DNA of 57,059 bases, filler included, from Sphacelaria rigidula (GCA_964200075.2; 7 parts of 7 records of this genome joined end to end with filler, not necessarily neighbours in it); one strand, 5' to 3'. Positions 11,170 through 23,700 are shown, numbered from the whole stretch's first letter. Translations and numbers: made by a program. Notes: generated by a model from the letters alone, not told the origin.

Positions 11170-13248
11170 ATGGTCATCATTCGTGCTACCACCGCTGCAA
11201 TAGCTTTGGGCAAGAAGATGAGGCGACCCTCGCTCACGTCGAACCATGCGCTTTTTGCTAATCTGCCTCAAGCCAGCACCGTTTCCACGTCCAAGGGCAC
11301 AGATGATTTACTTGCCGAAGGACGGAAAATTCGCGAAGGATCCATGGACGGTCGTGGGGGCGGTCGGAGTGGATTCAGAGGAGGCGCGCGATATGTAGAT
11401 GTGAGCGGTTCGAAACAACTGCCACGTGGGGGTATTTTGCCTATTCACAAGTCGTACATGGATCGAATGAAGAAAGCCGGGAAACGACGCGATTGGGACG
11501 AAGGTCAGCAAATCTTGAAGGAAGCGCGCGCTCATGATGACGCCTCCATGATCGCCAATGTGTATCTTTACACTGCCGCTGTAAATGTTGCTGCGAAGTG
11601 TGGAAAGTGGCAAGAAGCGGTTACTTTGGTGAAGGTCATGCGCGAGGAAGGGCAGGTGCGTCCCAATGTGGTGACATACAACTCGGCGATAAATGCATGC
11701 GCAGAGGTTGGCCAGTGGGAGCAGGCTTTGTCGCTGTTGAGAGAGATGGAAGCGGATCGTATCGCTCTGGATGTTGTGAGCTATTCCTCGGCCATCAAGG
11801 CATGTGGGGAAGGTGGGCAATGGGAGAAGGCATTGTCGCTATTGAGGGAGATGCAAACGAGGAATGTCACTGTCAATGATGTAACATATAACTCAGCAAT
11901 TAAAGCGTGCGGAGACGGTGGTGAGTGGCAGCAGGCGTTGTCGCTTTTGCGGGAGATGCAGGCCGAAAGTGTAAGCCCCGACGTCATAAGCTATAGCTCA
12001 GTCATCAAAGCATGTGGAGACAGTGGTCAGTGGTCAGTGAGTTTGTCACTTTTGAAGGAGGCACAGACGGAGGGTATCGTCCCGAATGTGGTGATGTACA
12101 GTTCGGCAATCAAGGCATGCGGGGACAGTAGTCATTGGGAGCACGCGCTGTCACTCCTGCGGGAGATGCAGAGGGAAGGTATCGTTCCAAACGAAACCAC
12201 ATACAATTCGGCTATCAAGGCGTGCGCGAGCGGTGGGCAGTCGGAGCAGGCGTTGTCCCTGTTGAGGGAAATGCGGACGGAAGGGGTCGCCCCGGATGTA
12301 GTGAGTTACAACACGGCCATTAAGGCATGTGGGGACGGCGGGGAGTGGTCGCTGGCGTTGTCCCTACTGACGGAAATGAGAGCGGAGGGTATTATGCCTG
12401 ATGCGGTAAGCTATAATTCGGCCATCAAGGCATGCGGGGACGGTGGACGATGGGAGCAGGCGTCGACTTGTTTCAAGGATATGCAGAGTGAGGGTATCAG
12501 CCCGGATTCGGTAACCTATAACTCCATGATCAAGGCATTTGGTGAGGGTGGCCAATGGCAGAATTCCTTGTCCCTGTTGAGAGAAATGCAGACAAACGGC
12601 ATCTCTCCCGATGTTGTGAGCTATAACTCAACGATCAAGGCCTGCGGTGACGGTGGTATGTGGGAGCAGAGCCTGTCTATTTTGAGGTACATGCAGACTG
12701 CAGGTGTACCTTCTGACGTGGTGAGCTATTCCTCGGCCATTAAAGCATGCGGAAATAGTGGCAAGTGGGAGCAGGCTTTATCGCTACTGAGAGAAATGAA
12801 GACGAAAGACATTCTTCCGGATATGGTGAGCTACACCTCGGCCATCCAGGCCTGTGGGGGCAGTGGGCAGTCGGAGAAGGCATTATCGCTACTGAGAGAG
12901 ATGAAGACGCGCGGTATCGCCCCCAATGGTATAACGTACAACTGCACAATCCACGCTTGTGGCGAAAGCGGGCGATGGGAGCAGTGCTTATCGCTTTTGA
13001 GAGAGATGCAGAAGGAAGGCATCACCCCGGATGATGTTACCTTCAACTCGATTATCCAGTCGTGCGGTGACCGTGGTGAGTGGGAGCAATGCCTGTCGCT
13101 ATTGCGAGAAATGCGGGCGCAGGGCATCGCTCCGGATGAAATAACGTACCGCTCGATCGTCAAGGCGTGCAAAGACAGTGGTGGGTGGGAGGAGACTTTG
13201 TCATTGTTAACGGAAATACGGAGTGACGATACTACACCGGATGTGTGA
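11170..13248 (+). CDS. P-class pentatricopeptide repeat (PPR) protein, 16 tandem 35-aa motifs, probably organelle-targeted
   Basis: Uninterrupted ORF with repeats such as VVSYNSAIKACGDGGQWEQALSLLREMQxEGIxPD; no E/DYW domain; first ATG at 11170 gives a basic, S/T/A-rich, acid-free N-terminus resembling a mitochondrial presequence (the ORF track starts at a TTG, 11125). Confidence 0.95.
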   Translation: MVIIRATTAAIALGKKMRRPSLTSNHALFANLPQASTVSTSKGTDDLLAEGRKIREGSMDGRGGGRSGFRGGARYVDVSGSKQLPRGGILPIHKSYMDRMKKAGKRRDWDEGQQILKEARAHDDASMIANVYLYTAAVNVAAKCGKWQEAVTLVKVMREEGQVRPNVVTYNSAINACAEVGQWEQALSLLREMEADRIALDVVSYSSAIKACGEGGQWEKALSLLREMQTRNVTVNDVTYNSAIKACGDGGEWQQALSLLREMQAESVSPDVISYSSVIKACGDSGQWSVSLSLLKEAQTEGIVPNVVMYSSAIKACGDSSHWEHALSLLREMQREGIVPNETTYNSAIKACASGGQSEQALSLLREMRTEGVAPDVVSYNTAIKACGDGGEWSLALSLLTEMRAEGIMPDAVSYNSAIKACGDGGRWEQASTCFKDMQSEGISPDSVTYNSMIKAFGEGGQWQNSLSLLREMQTNGISPDVVSYNSTIKACGDGGMWEQSLSILRYMQTAGVPSDVVSYSSAIKACGNSGKWEQALSLLREMKTKDILPDMVSYTSAIQACGGSGQSEKALSLLREMKTRGIAPNGITYNCTIHACGESGRWEQCLSLLREMQKEGITPDDVTFNSIIQSCGDRGEWEQCLSLLREMRAQGIAPDEITYRSIVKACKDSGGWEETLSLLTEIRSDDTTPDV

Positions 13249-13689
13249 GCGGCAGCTCTCAGCTTTCGTAGGTTACAAGGCTGACGACGGACAAGAAGTC
13301 GTTCCCATCATGAGGGCAGAGCGTAATTGCTGGAGTGACATCTCAGGCTGTTTGCCCGTGGGGGATTCTTCGCGACAGTAGTATAACAAACATTGTCACC
13401 GGGTTAAGTTACGCCCGATCGGTCAATGCCCACAATATGACGTAGATACATACGTAGAGCGAATTTGCACTCTTGTGTATGATCCCATCTCATGGACAGC
13501 GGAAACTGGCTTCAGGGAGACTAGTTGTTTTGTAAATGCAGTGCCCTAGTGTAAGGGTACAGCTCAAGCCATTCAGGTCTGAGGAATACGGCTTTGATTC
13601 TTTGCAGTCGCGTTTGGGTTTGGCCACGAGGTTCCTGACTGCCGTCGTTGAAAACGTGAGGGCACGAGTAGCAAGGGGAGTTTATTTGA

Positions 13690-13810
13690 CGAGAGTCAAC
13701 GCGGGGCGGGAGTGCTGATGTAATCCGCGATACCAGCATGTAAGGCGTGAACCGGGGGAGAGACGCGGGTTGATCCCCTGAGGCCACGGACTTGTCTCAC
13801 GGAATGTGGT
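13690..13810 (+). repeat. Dispersed repeat copy 2
   Basis: gtgctgatgtaatccgcgataccagcatgtaaggcgtgaaccgggggagagacgcgggttgatcccctgaggccacggact; homologous to the 9090 and 56100 copies. Confidence 0.7.
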
Positions 13811-15316
13811 TGGAGTAGGCAGAAATACACAAGGGCAGCGTGGTAAGAGCGTCGGACGTGTCATCTTTTGTGCAATCAGGTGGCTTCCGTGCATGTGTCG
13901 AAAGTACCTACCCTAGCGGGACCTTAGCAATGCCGTTGGCGAAGTCATGCTCGGTCGCCGAGCGAGAAAAGTCGGATATTGGTTGAGAGGGAGTTACCAG
14001 CGTTTGCGAACCAGGAGACTTTTACGGAAAGGATTGCAGGGGTTCCCAAAACCTTGCCGATGTGGCAGTTTAGGACACTTCTGCACGACTAAGTAGTTCC
14101 AGCAGCAGAAGTATCACTCAGCTAGCTTACCATGGTTTCTCCTGGTGTCACCATGGGATCTGTTTTTTGTGAAACATTTATTTGAGGGCACGGCATCTTA
14201 TTACACTGCTCAAGTTCTGTCTCAACTTGGCGCTCTGATCATTTTGTAAGCAGTTTTTTTTGCTGGATTGAGAGTCTAGCTCATGATTGAGAATCAACTC
14301 TCAGCCGTTCGAGGAATCAGCATCATTTTCGGTGAAAGTCACGGCGTGACCCTGATTGCTGACCCTGGCGGTCACACGGTTACCCCCGGGACCGGGAGGG
14401 TAGCCCATCCGGATCATGCACAATTAATGCGAGTAAAATTGATGCCGATGCAATGGATGACCTACTCTCGCCGTCCAAGGTTATCATTCTGAAGAGTTGG
14501 TCGTTGGTAATATAATCAGGAAGCCAACGAACGCCGACATATGATTATTTGAAACCGCAGCGGATTACTGCCTTGCACTCGTATTCAATGTATTGATCGG
14601 AAAAATCCTTTTGAAATAGATGGCCATATGTTTCACCTGTGACAATAACCTGCCCGCTGTGCAGAGGCGGAGATGAGAGAAACGTTTCGAGAGTTGATGT
14701 TCTCCTTCCCATTTATTGTGACGCTAGCGAATAGAGGTATCTCAAACTCAACGTTCAATTCTCGGTACATATTTTTCTGTTCGTTTCCCGGGTAATATTC
14801 CAATTTCACCAAGTGAATTTGGTTTCTGCTGCGGGTAAAAAATAAAAAAATCGACTAACCGTTTTTTGGCGACTCCGCTTCTGCGACCTGATTTTTGCGA
14901 TCCGATTCTTGCCATCGTTTTTTGCTAGATTTTTCTATTCCAATTTTCAATTGGTTGTTGTCTCAGGGCTATTCCAGATCCGGTTTGGATTTCTGTGACA
15001 GAAAAACGAGCAGAACGTTTTTTTGAGATTTTTTTTAAAACGAACATAGCTTTTCAAGAACCGCTCAAAACATGACCCCATCATCTGGAGTACAGGGTGG
15101 TACACTCAGCACAAGACGACTCTGCAGTGGTATATGAGTTGCAGAGTACAATACTGAACATCAGATAGCACGGCAGTTCCACAGTGTTTTCTGGTTTCAG
15201 AACCTGAACACGGACTGTATACAGCATGACACCGACAGAGTACTACCTTAAACGCAAGACAACATGGCATTTCTGCAGTGCTTTTTAGTTTCAAGACCTG
15301 AACACGGGCCTTCTGT

Positions 15317-15830
15317 GTGTGTGACCCCGGCTGGTGCGCCCACATATACAAAAAAACAGCCTGGATTCGTTATTGAGGTTCAACATTTCAATAAATGAGT
15401 TTCAACTCGAAAACAGTGCTTTCCCTGACCTAAAGTCATGACCAATGAATTTCACATGGACGACCTCATGCCCCTCGACCTTCTTCAAACTATTTCGGGG
15501 GTTGCCCGTCTTACGTGCCCCCAATGTGTATACGCGAAAGCACCAATTTCAGGCTAAAAACGTCCCTTTTTTCGCCCCGATATCGAGGCAAAAAGGTGAT
15601 TTCGCACATACGCTTTGGGGGTACTGAAGACGGGCAACCCCCGAAATAGTTTTAAGGAGGTCGGGGGGCATGAGGTCGTTCATGTGAAATTCATTGGTCA
15701 TGACTTTAGGTTAGAGAAAACACTGTTTTCGAGTTGAAACTCATTAAAATGTTGAACCTCAATAACGAATCCAGGCTGTTGAAAGGTCTAGACCGGCGTC
15801 CAGAATAGATGGGACGACAACACACACGCA
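15317..15830 (+). mobile_element. 3' fragment of the tRNA-derived SINE, interrupted by a MITE
   Basis: Flanks gtgtgaccccggctggtgcgcccacatataca | aaaggtctagaccggcgtccagaatagatgggacgacaacacacac rejoin to match SINE 28811-28890. Confidence 0.8.
15355..15780. mobile_element. 426-bp foldback MITE, ~190-bp inverted arms, AACAGCC...GGCTGTT termini
   Basis: 15355-15544 is the near-perfect reverse complement of 15595-15780; ~50-bp spacer. Confidence 0.92.
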
Positions 15831-16233
15831 CAGTGTACATACAAATGCCGCACAGCAGACAGCAGACGATTTGTAGTCTGTCAATGTGGGGGGGGTGTTG
15901 CTCTATTGCAGCGGGAGCTTCGAGGCGAGGATACCACCACCAAACCCAAGAACAAAGGAAAGAGGCGGATGCCCGCAACAGCAGCGACCCAAAATGGAGA
16001 TGACTGAAGAGTACCGGAAACGGAGCGCATGCTACTGACGGCCCGGAGCGGAAGGAGGAGGAGGAAGAGATCGTTGACCGGGGGTGGGGATGGGGTTATG
16101 GGCAGAGACGATTGGCTGCGTACCATTAGTCGGGGTGAGCGGCGCGCAGCGTGGTCTTACTCTGTGATGTTCATGGTCTAGCGTGCCTTCGTCGTTCGGA
16201 TGGGATATCAGCCCGTACATGTTGATATACCAT

Positions 16234-16333
16234 NNNNNNNNNNNNNNNNNNNNNNNNNNNNNNNNNNNNNNNNNNNNTTAATTAATTAANNNNNNNNNNN
16301 NNNNNNNNNNNNNNNNNNNNNNNNNNNNNNNNN
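16234..16333. other. Artificial contig-joining linker 2
   Basis: Same 100-nt spacer. Confidence 0.98.
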
Positions 16334-17096
16334 ATTTTCATCTGCAGCTTTTAGACAAAACCAACGGGAGGGCATGTGTAGTGATTTGCATTGGGCACAC
16401 CGTACAAACGCTGACAACGACGGTGGTCTCATCCTCAGGCGTATCGTACAGCATGCAACAGATAATGTTGATTATGACAGCAAAAATGCTCGAGTTACGG
16501 CTTTTCATCTATCCATCCCTACTAACAATGTTCCCCCGTAATAGGATATCGTAACCTCGGATATCGTTCTTACTCGTCAAAGCCGAAAACAACCTTCTCC
16601 TCTTTCAAGGCCGAGCCTTCACGTACTGCTCAGAAGCATCAAACGTTTTGTACATGAGCTCTGACCAAAACATACGACATCTTCCCATCATGCCGAGCCA
16701 GGAATATGCCCCCCTCGCAAGGAGAAGATCATCGAGGCGGCCGCGGGCATCCACCAGCGCTGTAGCAGCGAACGGATCACCTGCCACGGGGTGGCGGAAC
16801 ATCAAGGTAGGACATGCAAGGTAGTTCATGAAAGCCCGACACCACTGACCATGGACCGGCGAGACACAACGAAGGTTTTTTGACGGTAATGATTGAAATT
16901 GGCCTTCTCGATGACACTCTTGGTGTATCTCCATCTCCGATGGTAAAAAAACATTGCGTTCCTGTTCATGCCTTAAGCCCCACGTTCAGATGATACCTTG
17001 AGTCATTTTTCTTGTATCTTCAGTGCCCTCATGCCACCGCTTCAAGTCAGCGATTCCAGTCATCACCTCCCCTTCCCCCCACCCTCACATCGTTGA

Positions 17097-20016
17097 ATGA
17101 CCCCGCGTGGTGGAAAGGGGCGGCGGCGCCGAGATTGCGACAATGAGGGACTGGAGGGGCTTACGGTGGAGGAAACTTGCCCTGCCTGGGACCAACACCA
17201 TCTCTGCGACGCTCTCGGAACGACGATGACCATGAATAACAACAACATCAGCGTCGGCGGCAACGTCAACAGTGACGACAACGGCAATGGTGGAAATAGC
17301 AACGACGAAATCGACAGCAACGATCGAGTTGAAACGAAAGATACCGTTGGAGGGGGCGCGGCAGCGGCAGCAGCGCGGGGTGGTAGTTGCAGTAGCGGTG
17401 AGTTGCTGGGTGAAGTTGATGTGGAGGGAGAGCAAGAGGGAGGGGGAAGTGATGAAGACAACAAAGAGGAGGGAACGGGGGATGACTCCATTGAGGAAGA
17501 GGCAGATGATGCGGCCGAGCGCGGGGGGAATGACTTGGAAGAAGAGGATTCAGCGATTTTGAGTGAGTCAATACCTGCAGAGTTGAAAGCATTTGGGATA
17601 CGTTATCCAGGACTTCACTACATTCAGGGAATGCATGCACCGATGGGCGGATATTGTAGGCAATGCGAACCCAAGGAGAATGCTGAGGTACCCGAGGACA
17701 TGTTTCATTCTGCCCAGGATTGGAAATTTTGAGAATAAACTTCAAAGAGCACACGAATGGGCACGGTACAGCTGTGTATGTTATCATGGCATATGGGCAC
17801 TGGCATGCGTTTGTGTCAGTGCGGAATGTCCTTCTTTTCTCTCTCGATTTGGTTCCTCGCTTTGATGCAACTCATGCTATTGGTGCGTGCGTGTTTTGGC
17901 TTCACAATAACACGCCTATAAATTCTGTGTACATGTATCGTGACTGATGCTGCAGCCCAGCTGTTCAACCAGTTCGTCGCGACCGCACAGGCGCGAGATC
18001 AGCGCACGAAGAAGAGAAAGACAGACGCGGTGGTCGAGGAGACTAAGATGGAGTGCCGCGAGTATCTTGAACGGTGTGTTGGTGTCACTAGGCGTGTTCA
18101 ACCTATCCCTGACAGTACAGCCTACACCGGTATTTTGTTGCGAGTACTTCCCTTTTTTGCGGCGACTCTCGCCTTTTTCCGCACCGAGTATTACCGTGCA
18201 ACTTACGCATGTCAGATGCCGGAAATGGCTGTTCAAATGCTCACGATGAAATCGAACGTACGCCATCACTCCATGATTCGTTATCGCCATGAGTACTGTT
18301 CGTTTCATTCTTGTCGTTGACATCATACTCATGTCGTTCTTCACGTGTTCACTTCCTACTTGGTCTTCACTGCTCGTAATGTTGGAGTCTATTACTGGTG
18401 GATTTTGTTCTGCGCGTTCATTCGCCCATTCCTTTCTCGGAATCCAATTCATTGGTGTTTCAGATACAAAACGTCATCAACATGCTGATCTACTGACTCA
18501 CGTGTGTGCCGATGTCCTGGTATTGACAAACGAAAGACTCACAAAAGTACTGACGGACCACTGGCGGCGCCAAACAGACGAGTTGCTCGAGCAGGCCCGC
18601 CAAGCGGACGAAGGCGTGGTCGCCGCTAGAGCTAGCGTCGAGGAGTTGATTTTCCAGCACGAGAGTCAATGGCAAGCATCAAGAGACAGGTTGTGCCGCA
18701 CTACAGCCATCCTGATAACGCCTTGTCATTGTGTTTTGGGTATGGCAGTAGCAATGCCAGGTACAAAGCCAGAAGTATACTATGCGGTATTTCGAAGACA
18801 TACAATTCCCCTTCAGAGGAGCAGTGCGGATTGCTGCTGGTGTCCTCGTGCGTTGCTGCTTAATTCGGGCCAATGGGAAAGATCAGCAATCAATTGCAGC
18901 CGTGTCCTTCGAGCGGCGCTTCTTTGTGACCGTCTGCTTCTGAGTGCATTCCGAACGCTTGTTCTCATCTCTGTGGATGAGAAGCGAAATCGCCGTTCAT
19001 CTGTGTGCCTTCCCTGGTGCTGTGCGTACGTATAGTATAGCTTGACTGCCGTAAAAGCAATTGGCAGGAGCTGATGTTGGTGGTAGGCATATGTCTCTTC
19101 GCATGATCGAGCAGCACCGAGCCCATCCTTCCGAATACGTAATGGAGGTCATTGATAGCATTCTCGGCTGCGGGTCATAAGTGTCCTTTGTACTCTGGCT
19201 GGTGAATACAACCAATACAACACAGGATGAAGAAGCATCACTCTGCGCTCAAGCGACTGGATGCCCAGCTGTCGCCGGGTACAGGATCGGGGTCGGTGGG
19301 TTCGAGCAAACTCGACCGGGAGTGGGAGGCCGACAAAGAGAACTTGCGCCTGCGGCTGCAGAAACACAGGGAGGAGGCTGTCTCCAGGTATCTGAGGTTG
19401 CAGCAAGCACCGACAGTGCCGAGACAGGCATCTTGTCTGCGTATCATATTTTTTCGTGCTGTCGTTATCAACCCCCTTCATGTTCCTCTATGATGTTTTT
19501 ATGTAGTGTAGGTTTCCGACTCGACCTACCGCAACGGCTCTTGGCGGTCACCTTTTATGAATATGCCTATTTGTATAACTGCAAGAGTCGAGACTAGGTG
19601 TAGTTATTCCGCAGTGTCATTGACAGTTGTGACGTGAATTTGCGAGTTTGCTTGTGATCCGGGTCTCCGAAATTGCACACCCATCGTGAACCAAGAGTGT
19701 TTCTCCCACATACTTCATCCTTTGGCTGTGTCTACGTATGTTCCTCCTGTCACCGCATGTTCGATGCATCGACAGTTGTCGATACTGTAACACATGATCG
19801 ATCACACAATTTTGACTCTGTAGATTCACGGCACACCTCTCTGGTCCGGACAAGAAGCGACGGAAGCATGGGGCAGGCGGTGGTGGTGGCGGCAGCCGTG
19901 GGGCCGGCTTTGCAGGAGGTGAGGTCCAAGGCGGTGGGGGCGCTACGGCACTGTTTCCTGGGAATGCCAGCGATATCTCCTGCCTACTCAATCAGCTTAC
20001 CATGCGCACGAAGTAG
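17097..20016 (+). pseudogene. Spliced orphan gene, probably damaged; acidic/Gly-rich, coiled-coil-like segments, KKRK/KKRRK basic motifs
   Basis: Phase-compatible AG/GT exons: 18464-18689 (DTKRHQ...QASRD) to ~18749 (SNARYKARSIL...), and 19226-19387 (MKKHHSALKRLD...EEAVSR) to 19824-20016 (FTAHLSGPDKKRRKHG...MRTK*); apparent frameshift near 17720; no recognisable domain; 5' end unresolved. Confidence 0.55.
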
Positions 20017-21584
20017 AGGGGGTGATGGAGTTACGACGTCCGTCTATATAGGCGTGAGGGTAGACATGAAGCAATCATGGGCGATCTGGCGATGTATACC
20101 GACCTGATCATTGTTGCGGAGTGATGGCAAAGTGATCGTACATGATTGACGTGCTGGTGTGTAATGTTCGCTGTTGTGAAAGTGGTAGTCGCTGTAGCAC
20201 ACAATATGGATTAGCAAGTGCATGGAAATAGGCCTCGAACTGTTGAGGTTGCCGCACCGGCAACCCCGTGTCTCCTAACGGATTCGACAACTCAAAGTGC
20301 GCACAAAAAAGATGGGAGGAAACGACAGCCTGCTATGGTGTACGTGCACAGCAGGATGAAGAGTAATTGTGTACTGGCAGTGAATGGACAGAGAAGTGGG
20401 TACATATTTTTTCGGGGGGCTATGTAGCGAACGAAGGTTATGTGTGTGGTCAGTCATCGCCAAGTGGTGCTGTATTGATAGTATGTAGTGAGAGGAATAT
20501 GGCGCAAATTTTGAGCAGTTGTAAATCGCGTAGTATATTGAATATTCAGATGGAAACAACGATGGTACCAGTATACTTCGTACACGCACGATTCAAATAC
20601 ATGTTGCCTACAGAGTTTGTGGCGTATTGATACAATCGCAATATCTGAATCCTTGCTGCGGTAGCTTGACGGCGGTGTGTGTGGCGCGATTGTACGCGAT
20701 AGCTTTGCGAAGGCAGCAAGGAAGAGTCATAGGTAGGTAGGGATGTGATCGATCATCGGAAGCTGGGTGGACATGGTCACGTAGAGTATGGAGCTTATGC
20801 GGGAATATACGAACGAGGGGGACGATTCGCCTCTTCGTTCCTCTGGGTAGCAAATCAACATACTAAACTTAGTACCAACACGCTCGAGAACACCAGTAGA
20901 TTCATGAGAGAGGATGGCAGTTTGCAGAGCATTTGGCTGCTGATCCTTAGTATTGCATGGTAACTATTGCCCGTGATACTCTCACTAGAATCAGCCGGGA
21001 ATACCTCACCTTCGGCACTGCACATCCTCTCTGCATAGATGTGAACAACGAATTGCTCGCCAATACTACTATTGCAGTCCCGCAGATTATAGCAGCATGG
21101 ATCTCGGCCGACTGTAGACGTCGGTCAGGTTTAGGGCTACTCCTTTGACAATTTTACTGGAACGCTCGGTTCATTTCGCGTGGCAACGAAAGGTCTGCAC
21201 ACGCGGCCATTTGGCTACCCCCGAAAAACCTTCCACGCGAAAATTGACTAGAGGGAGAAAAGGCTCTGGAGGCGTATGTCTCTCTGGAGGCTGAATAGTA
21301 AACCCATTCACAGGAATTAAACACCGCTAGAGGAATAGCCCACACAAAGTCACTCTAGAGGGAGGGACCCCTCCACAGGGATTGAACACCTTCACGGACA
21401 AAATTGACCCCTGGAAGGATTTCATACTGTGTTGGATCCTCCAAAAAGCACAAAACAACCTGGATTCGTTTTTGACGTTGAACATTTGGGTGAGGTGCAA
21501 TGGACCATCGAAATTTCACTTGTGTTGTTCAAAAGGCTCAGGATTCGCAACCGGTTTCGACCATGTAACCCTAACCCCGACGTT

Positions 21585-23700
21585 TCTGCACGGCAGCGCA
21601 AGCATGATGATGAGTAGTCCAACAGAAAAACCGCCGTCATTCATGGTGCGGAATCTTTTGAGCAGGACCTGCGTCTAAGCGCTACGGAACACGTAACAAA
21701 GCATGCTGAAAACATACTTCTTTGGACTAGTCATCGAGTTTTCGAGCGCCTCTCGTTGAGTGTCTGAGAGAGACTCCATACTGTTGCGCCGGCGATGACC
21801 GTCGTCAGCGAAACGATCCAATGCGGCGACAGACGCCAGCGATCTTTGAAACGTAGCATCATTCAGCAGTCGGCTGAGATATACCAGCACACCAGAGTAC
21901 AGCACCACTACAGTACAGTCGTTAGTTGGATAAAATGGATGTCCCACAAAAAAACTGCACACACACACAACGGGGGTAAGGGTTATTCCCACGCTTGGGG
22001 TTGTTTCGCCAGTAGTGCCCATGCGAGGCGCTTCATCCAGTCTGGATCAGCTATCACGTCTTCTATGGCCACTTCCACCGTCGCTGTGTTGAGAACCGGT
22101 TTCGCGGTGAGGCTGTCGAACAATACTACCGTGGTGCAACGCGCTCGCAGAATCCGAGCCGTTTCTTTAAATTTAGAACCCGCATCAGCTGTAGTTTGAA
22201 TATCCCTCCTGACGGTCCCAAACGGGGTCTGATTCAGCGACGGAAAACGCTGGCACCCTCCCCCTCAGATAGGATTTGTGACAACCTCAGGGTTAGGATT
22301 AGACCCCAGGGAATGTCCTGAAATAACGGATAGTTTTGTTGGAAAGCAGTCGTTCATTGTAGCGGGTATAAAGCGTTCAAGCAAGGAATTTTCGATTTTG
22401 AACAGAGAAAGATGTACTACGATACCCCTGAATACTGTTCTACATGTTTCATTCCTAGCGATGTTCCCCGAATTCCCCCACAGTTGTCACAAACCCTATC
22501 TGAGGGGGAAGGTGACATCCTTTCTTTTTTATTTCAACATGCCTCCGTGCAATCTCCAGCCTGCACGCGTGTTCACGTCTCTACGTTGGTTTAGTTTGCC
22601 TCTTGCCCACCTCCTTTCTACCGTAATGCGTTCCAAAACCAGATGCCTACACTCGGGACGTGACGGACTTCGTCACATCCGACATCATCCATGTCAGCTT
22701 CCGGCAGCGTCTGTGACTTTTCAGCGGCATCGTTTCTTCTCATTTTGGGCTCCGGTTCTTTCGGCGTTGTGTCGCCTTCTGTGCAGCAACGTGGTTAAAT
22801 CAATTTCTTCTTCCCGGTGCTTTTTGGGGGCCAAAATTGGGGGGGATCAGGAGTGTCCTAAGTTCTATATGGCCTTAGTTTTAAACTACTTCCTACACAT
22901 TACGAATTTCCTGCTTCTAGGGCAGAAATATATGAGTTTCTCGAACTTGAATTAGCTCTGGGTAGTCACACCGAAAAAATAATAGGGCGATCAACTCACT
23001 TGATGTTGATGTTGAGCCAAGTCGGTTGATGCTTCGGTGATGAAGCTATTTCCCCATCTCCTTGAACCTGGGATATTTTCCAATATTGCTAGGTCTATTA
23101 CGGGATGGTTCTCGCTGCCTGCGACATGTCGATTCCTGCGTTTGTTGTTTCTACACGTATATGCAGCAGTAGGTGGTAATTTGGTCGTCTAGATCGCACG
23201 CCCGTAATTTTTCAGCTTGCAGTGTGTTCCTTGTAGCTCGGTCGGTTTTTGCGGGCTCGTCCTTTTCGTGTACCGTTTTTGTGTAAAGACACCCTTTGTC
23301 AACTCTTGGTTTTATGGTCATGGGTGGTAGGCTCATTTCACCCCATGACCACGGGTCGGAGAGAAAGAACTATTTTTTTCAAGGAATTGAGCTAAGGTGA
23401 TGTAATCTCTAAAACCAAAAGATGACAATACCCCGCCGGTGGGAGTTGAGGTGCAAGGTGCCCGTGCCATGTCTTTTGCGCACGAATTACACCCGTGCCA
23501 TGCCTTTCCCGCCTTTCCGTTAAAAAAAAAGAATCCTGAAAGGGCGAGCACGGCGCCTAAACTAGTCGCGGTGCTATCAGCAATAGTAAAAAACGTTTCG
23601 ACCTCGTGGCGAATGCCTTTTTTCAAGTGGAACACAGCTAAAACCATATGCGATTGGAGGGGAAGATGTCGGCTCAACAGTTTGATTGCACTGATCAACC
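21585..23700 (-). pseudogene. Spliced orphan (pseudo)gene convergent with the previous one
   Basis: Coding-like AG/GT-bounded segments read by hand: TPFGTVRRDIQTTADAGSKFKETARILRARCTTVVLFD...WMKRLAWALLAKQ (~21990-22230), VLYSGVLVYLSRLLNDATFQRSL...TSPK (~21718-21910), FKEMGNSFITEASTDLAQHQHQ (~23000-23070); no family recognised. Confidence 0.4.
22254..22514. mobile_element. ~260-bp MITE with ~32-bp TIRs (CACC...GGTG)
   Basis: caccctccccctcagataggatttgtgacaac / gttgtcacaaaccctatctgagggggaaggtg; no clear TSD. Confidence 0.75.

Noticed and set aside
11308..13172. Antisense and alternate-frame ORFs over the PPR, gag, pol and FNIP genes
   Set aside because: Shadows of the real frames with no independent coding signal
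13714..13800. Hammerhead ribozyme in the dispersed repeat
   Set aside because: The CTGATGA/GAAA core is absent and not conserved among the three copies
15920..17097. One gene spanning the 16234-16333 gap
   Set aside because: The two sides are unrelated contigs
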